Assembly: GCA_964187785.1 (NCBI GenBank)
Contig: OZ076414.1
Span: 39,990,001 to 40,054,000, forward strand
DNA from: Amphiscolops sp. MND2022
Taxonomy: Eukaryota
DNA length: 64,000 nt
Direction: 5' to 3'
Below the pieces are notes generated by a model that saw only the letters and a list, made by a program, of their open reading frames with translations, did not search any database and was not told the DNA's origin. The position numbers were made by a program, and so were the translations under genes. Below are positions 61,677 to 64,000 of the stretch, one piece after another; the first letter of the stretch is position 1, and the number at the start of each line of letters is the position of its first letter.

Positions 61677-61975
61677 CACAGAGGCGAAGCGGTGCTTCGC
61701 AACACATGACGAAGACGAATCATGGCTAGACGAATGCCGAAAAATCGTATATATTCAATCGCATGCGTATATATTCAACAGTTCAACTTTGTTCAATAAC
61801 GTCCCTATGGCACAGTGGTCAACACTTATGCCGTGCAATCGGGAGGCTGCAGGTTCGAATCTCTCTGGGGTTTTGGCTTTTGTCTAAAAGGCGCTCATTA
61901 TGAAGTTGACTATTGTGGAAAAAAAACTTACTTAGCTGGACTGCAATGCACATTGACTTCGTCATGTGCAATAAA
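61677..61975 (+). repeat. tRNA-derived interspersed repeat with GCGAAGC-GGT-GCTTCGC hairpin (core 61801-61870)
   Basis: Core identical to 59662-59731, preceded by the hairpin. Confidence 0.75.
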
Positions 61976-62697
61976 GAACTCTTGAGTGACTGAGCCACAA
62001 ATTATCAGCGCTGCAACCACGTGTCACCCAGTAGGCTATAGCTACGCTGTATTTCAGCAGCGTTTGTTCTGTGTGAAACTATCGCTGTCCCGATTAGCTA
62101 ATGCTTTTCCAAAACTTTTTGAGCCCGTGTTTAATAAATCCCACTCAAGTTTTGAGTGAGAATGAAGTCTAAAGCTTCATTAATGGAGTTGGTTTAGTTA
62201 GTACAGTTTTTTTGTGTCTCATGTAAGCAAACGACAAAATTCCTTCTTGACCCAAAAACAATGAAATTCGCAGAAGCGTGTCATGTTCAACTGAACAAAA
62301 TGGGACCACCTAACTCAACTCCTCGTTCAGGACTCAAAAATCGCCAAGACTTGAATTTGCTCCGGTTGGCTTTTAAAATTTTCTGGGAAATCTAACACCA
62401 TGGAATTCATCGAAAAGGACTTTTCAAGCTCGCAAAATCTTTTCCCTAACTTGAAACATCAGAAAAGTCACAATAGTGAAAAAAATGTTTTTGAAATTGA
62501 GAAGATGCCATTCATATGGCCATCTAAGTTCTTTAGGTTCAAAGTACCTGCCATAGAAACACTTATCGTAGAACATTCAGTGCCGATGCTAACAATAGAT
62601 ACAGTTGTTTGTATAGAGACACGAATCTTGTTAACTCACTTTGCTGTTGAGATCCTAGTTTTTAATTCAACTCTTACTTATCCATCGGTCATTTACA

Positions 62698-63700
62698 TGG
62701 CGCAATCAGCAATCTAATGGACACCCAAACAGACCCGAATACTTCGGTACAAACGGCACAATCGGCCACGAATCAAACGATGATGAATCAGACAACAGCA
62801 GACCGAATGGAAAAGAAATACAAAATTTCAATCCTATCGGACAGAGAAACCGATCTGACGAAAATAAACCCACGAATGTGGTGGGAACAAATTTCCGAGT
62901 ACATACATCTCACGTACAATCGAAACCTAGACGAAATGCTGGATCAAGGCACCGATCAAATGGACCCACTCACCGTATATCACATCAAGGGAGATGTCAT
63001 TTGGGCACTAGGCCCCAACGCCAAACACGAAATCATGATGGATCAATGGGGCAGAGAGTTGAAAGACGTCGACTTATCAGAATTATTGAAACTATTCAAG
63101 AAAACATTCATAGCCGCGAGAAATGTTTTTCACCGTCGAGCCCAATTCTTCAACATCAAACAAGAAGATAATGATACATTAGATGAATACTGGAAAAGAC
63201 TTCTCGACATCGAAAGAAAATGCGAATTTAACAGAATCACACCAGAAGAGATTATCACGTACAAATTCGCAGCAACCATCAATGACAAAAAAGCCCGAGA
63301 TAAATTCAAAAAGGGGCCACTAAAGCTCCAAATGGTCCTTGAAACGATCGAACAGGACAACTACAATCGCAAATACGGAAACAAAAAGCCGAACAGAAAA
63401 CACAGAAACTCCCATCCGATAGCTCGTCAAGCGAAGAACAAGTCGCCTACACACACCCAGCACGAAAACGAAAGACAACAGAAACCGGGAAGAAGCTATC
63501 GAACCGTAACTGCCACTTTTGCGGCAAACCAAATTGTGGCAAGATCGCTTTGCTGCCTTAGCGTTGTGAAATCGAGGGCACTTCTCCTGGAAAAGCAGAA
63601 TGTATAAATGACTCTTCAAAACTTTCATCCCGATCGGAACCTGCTTGAGTCGTGGTCCGAGCATTCTCAAGAATACTGCTTAAAAAATGACCGGGCTATA
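62698..63700 (+). mobile_element. gag: 5' part of a Gypsy element: PBS (TGGCGCAATCAGC) and gag ORF 62717-63607
   Basis: ...TTTACA|TGGCG junction resembles the tRNA-Ser complement. gag-like FFNIKQEDNDTLDEYWKRLLDIERKCEF. Degenerate CxxC downstream. Confidence 0.75.
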
Positions 63701-63776
63701 TCACTTCAGCAGATTCGGGTAAGAACACCAGTCATACAATGAAGGCAAAACTCATAGTAGATTCATTTCCATTTTC

Positions 63777-64000
63777 AACAAGACGAGAACGTCTAAAGTC
63801 GGCGCCATATTTAAGGCTCAAAAAAGTCGCCTAGAGTCGAAAAATATACACAGAGGCGAAGCCGTGCTTCGCAACACATGACGAAGACATCGATTATTTT
63901 AATATGCGTATATATATCATTTTAATCGCATGCGTATATATTCAACAGTTCAACTTTGTTCAATAACGTCCCTATGGCACAGTGGTCAACACTTATGCCG
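63777..64000 (+). mobile_element. HINE-like start joined to hairpin and tRNA-like core (runs off the window)
   Basis: AACAAGACGAGAACGTCTAAAGTCGGCGCC matches the minus-strand start of 4486-4841. Hairpin at ~63855-63872 and tRNA-like core from 63968. Confidence 0.7.

Noticed and set aside
61801-61870. tRNA gene (GCA-like loop)
   Set aside because: Acceptor and anticodon stems pair poorly, and the core sits in a multi-copy repeat with shared flanks.

Overview
AT-rich metazoan genomic DNA made almost entirely of nested, mostly decayed mobile elements, with two 200-N gaps (975-1174, 42662-42861). It is not prokaryotic: there are no CRISPR arrays, rRNA or operons, and the ORF track's GTG/TTG starts are mostly artefacts. 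Main contents: (1) a ~14 kb BEL/Pao LTR retrotransposon (3818-17932, minus, TSD TCAAT) whose two LTRs each carry an SGNH-hydrolase-like ORF and whose gag region is triplicated; (2) a ~14 kb Ty3/Gypsy element (26370-40575, minus) that carries, between pol and the 3' LTR, an intron-containing antisense gene with a Zn-finger-like motif plus a divergent small ORF, with further partial copies at 40576-42661 and 1-935; (3) three Gypsy-type solo LTRs that each contain the start of gag; (4) two intronless trypsin-fold genes with the catalytic Ser replaced by Phe; (5) Tc1, Copia and other Gypsy relics; (6) a Polinton/adintovirus-like fragment (HUH-like ORF, PLA2-like ORF, membrane protein, packaging-ATPase stub, AGTAGT terminus); (7) Helentron-associated (HINE/DINE-like) and tRNA-derived repeats, and a MITE with a 6-bp TSD. 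All calls come from reading motifs by eye; no database search was run.
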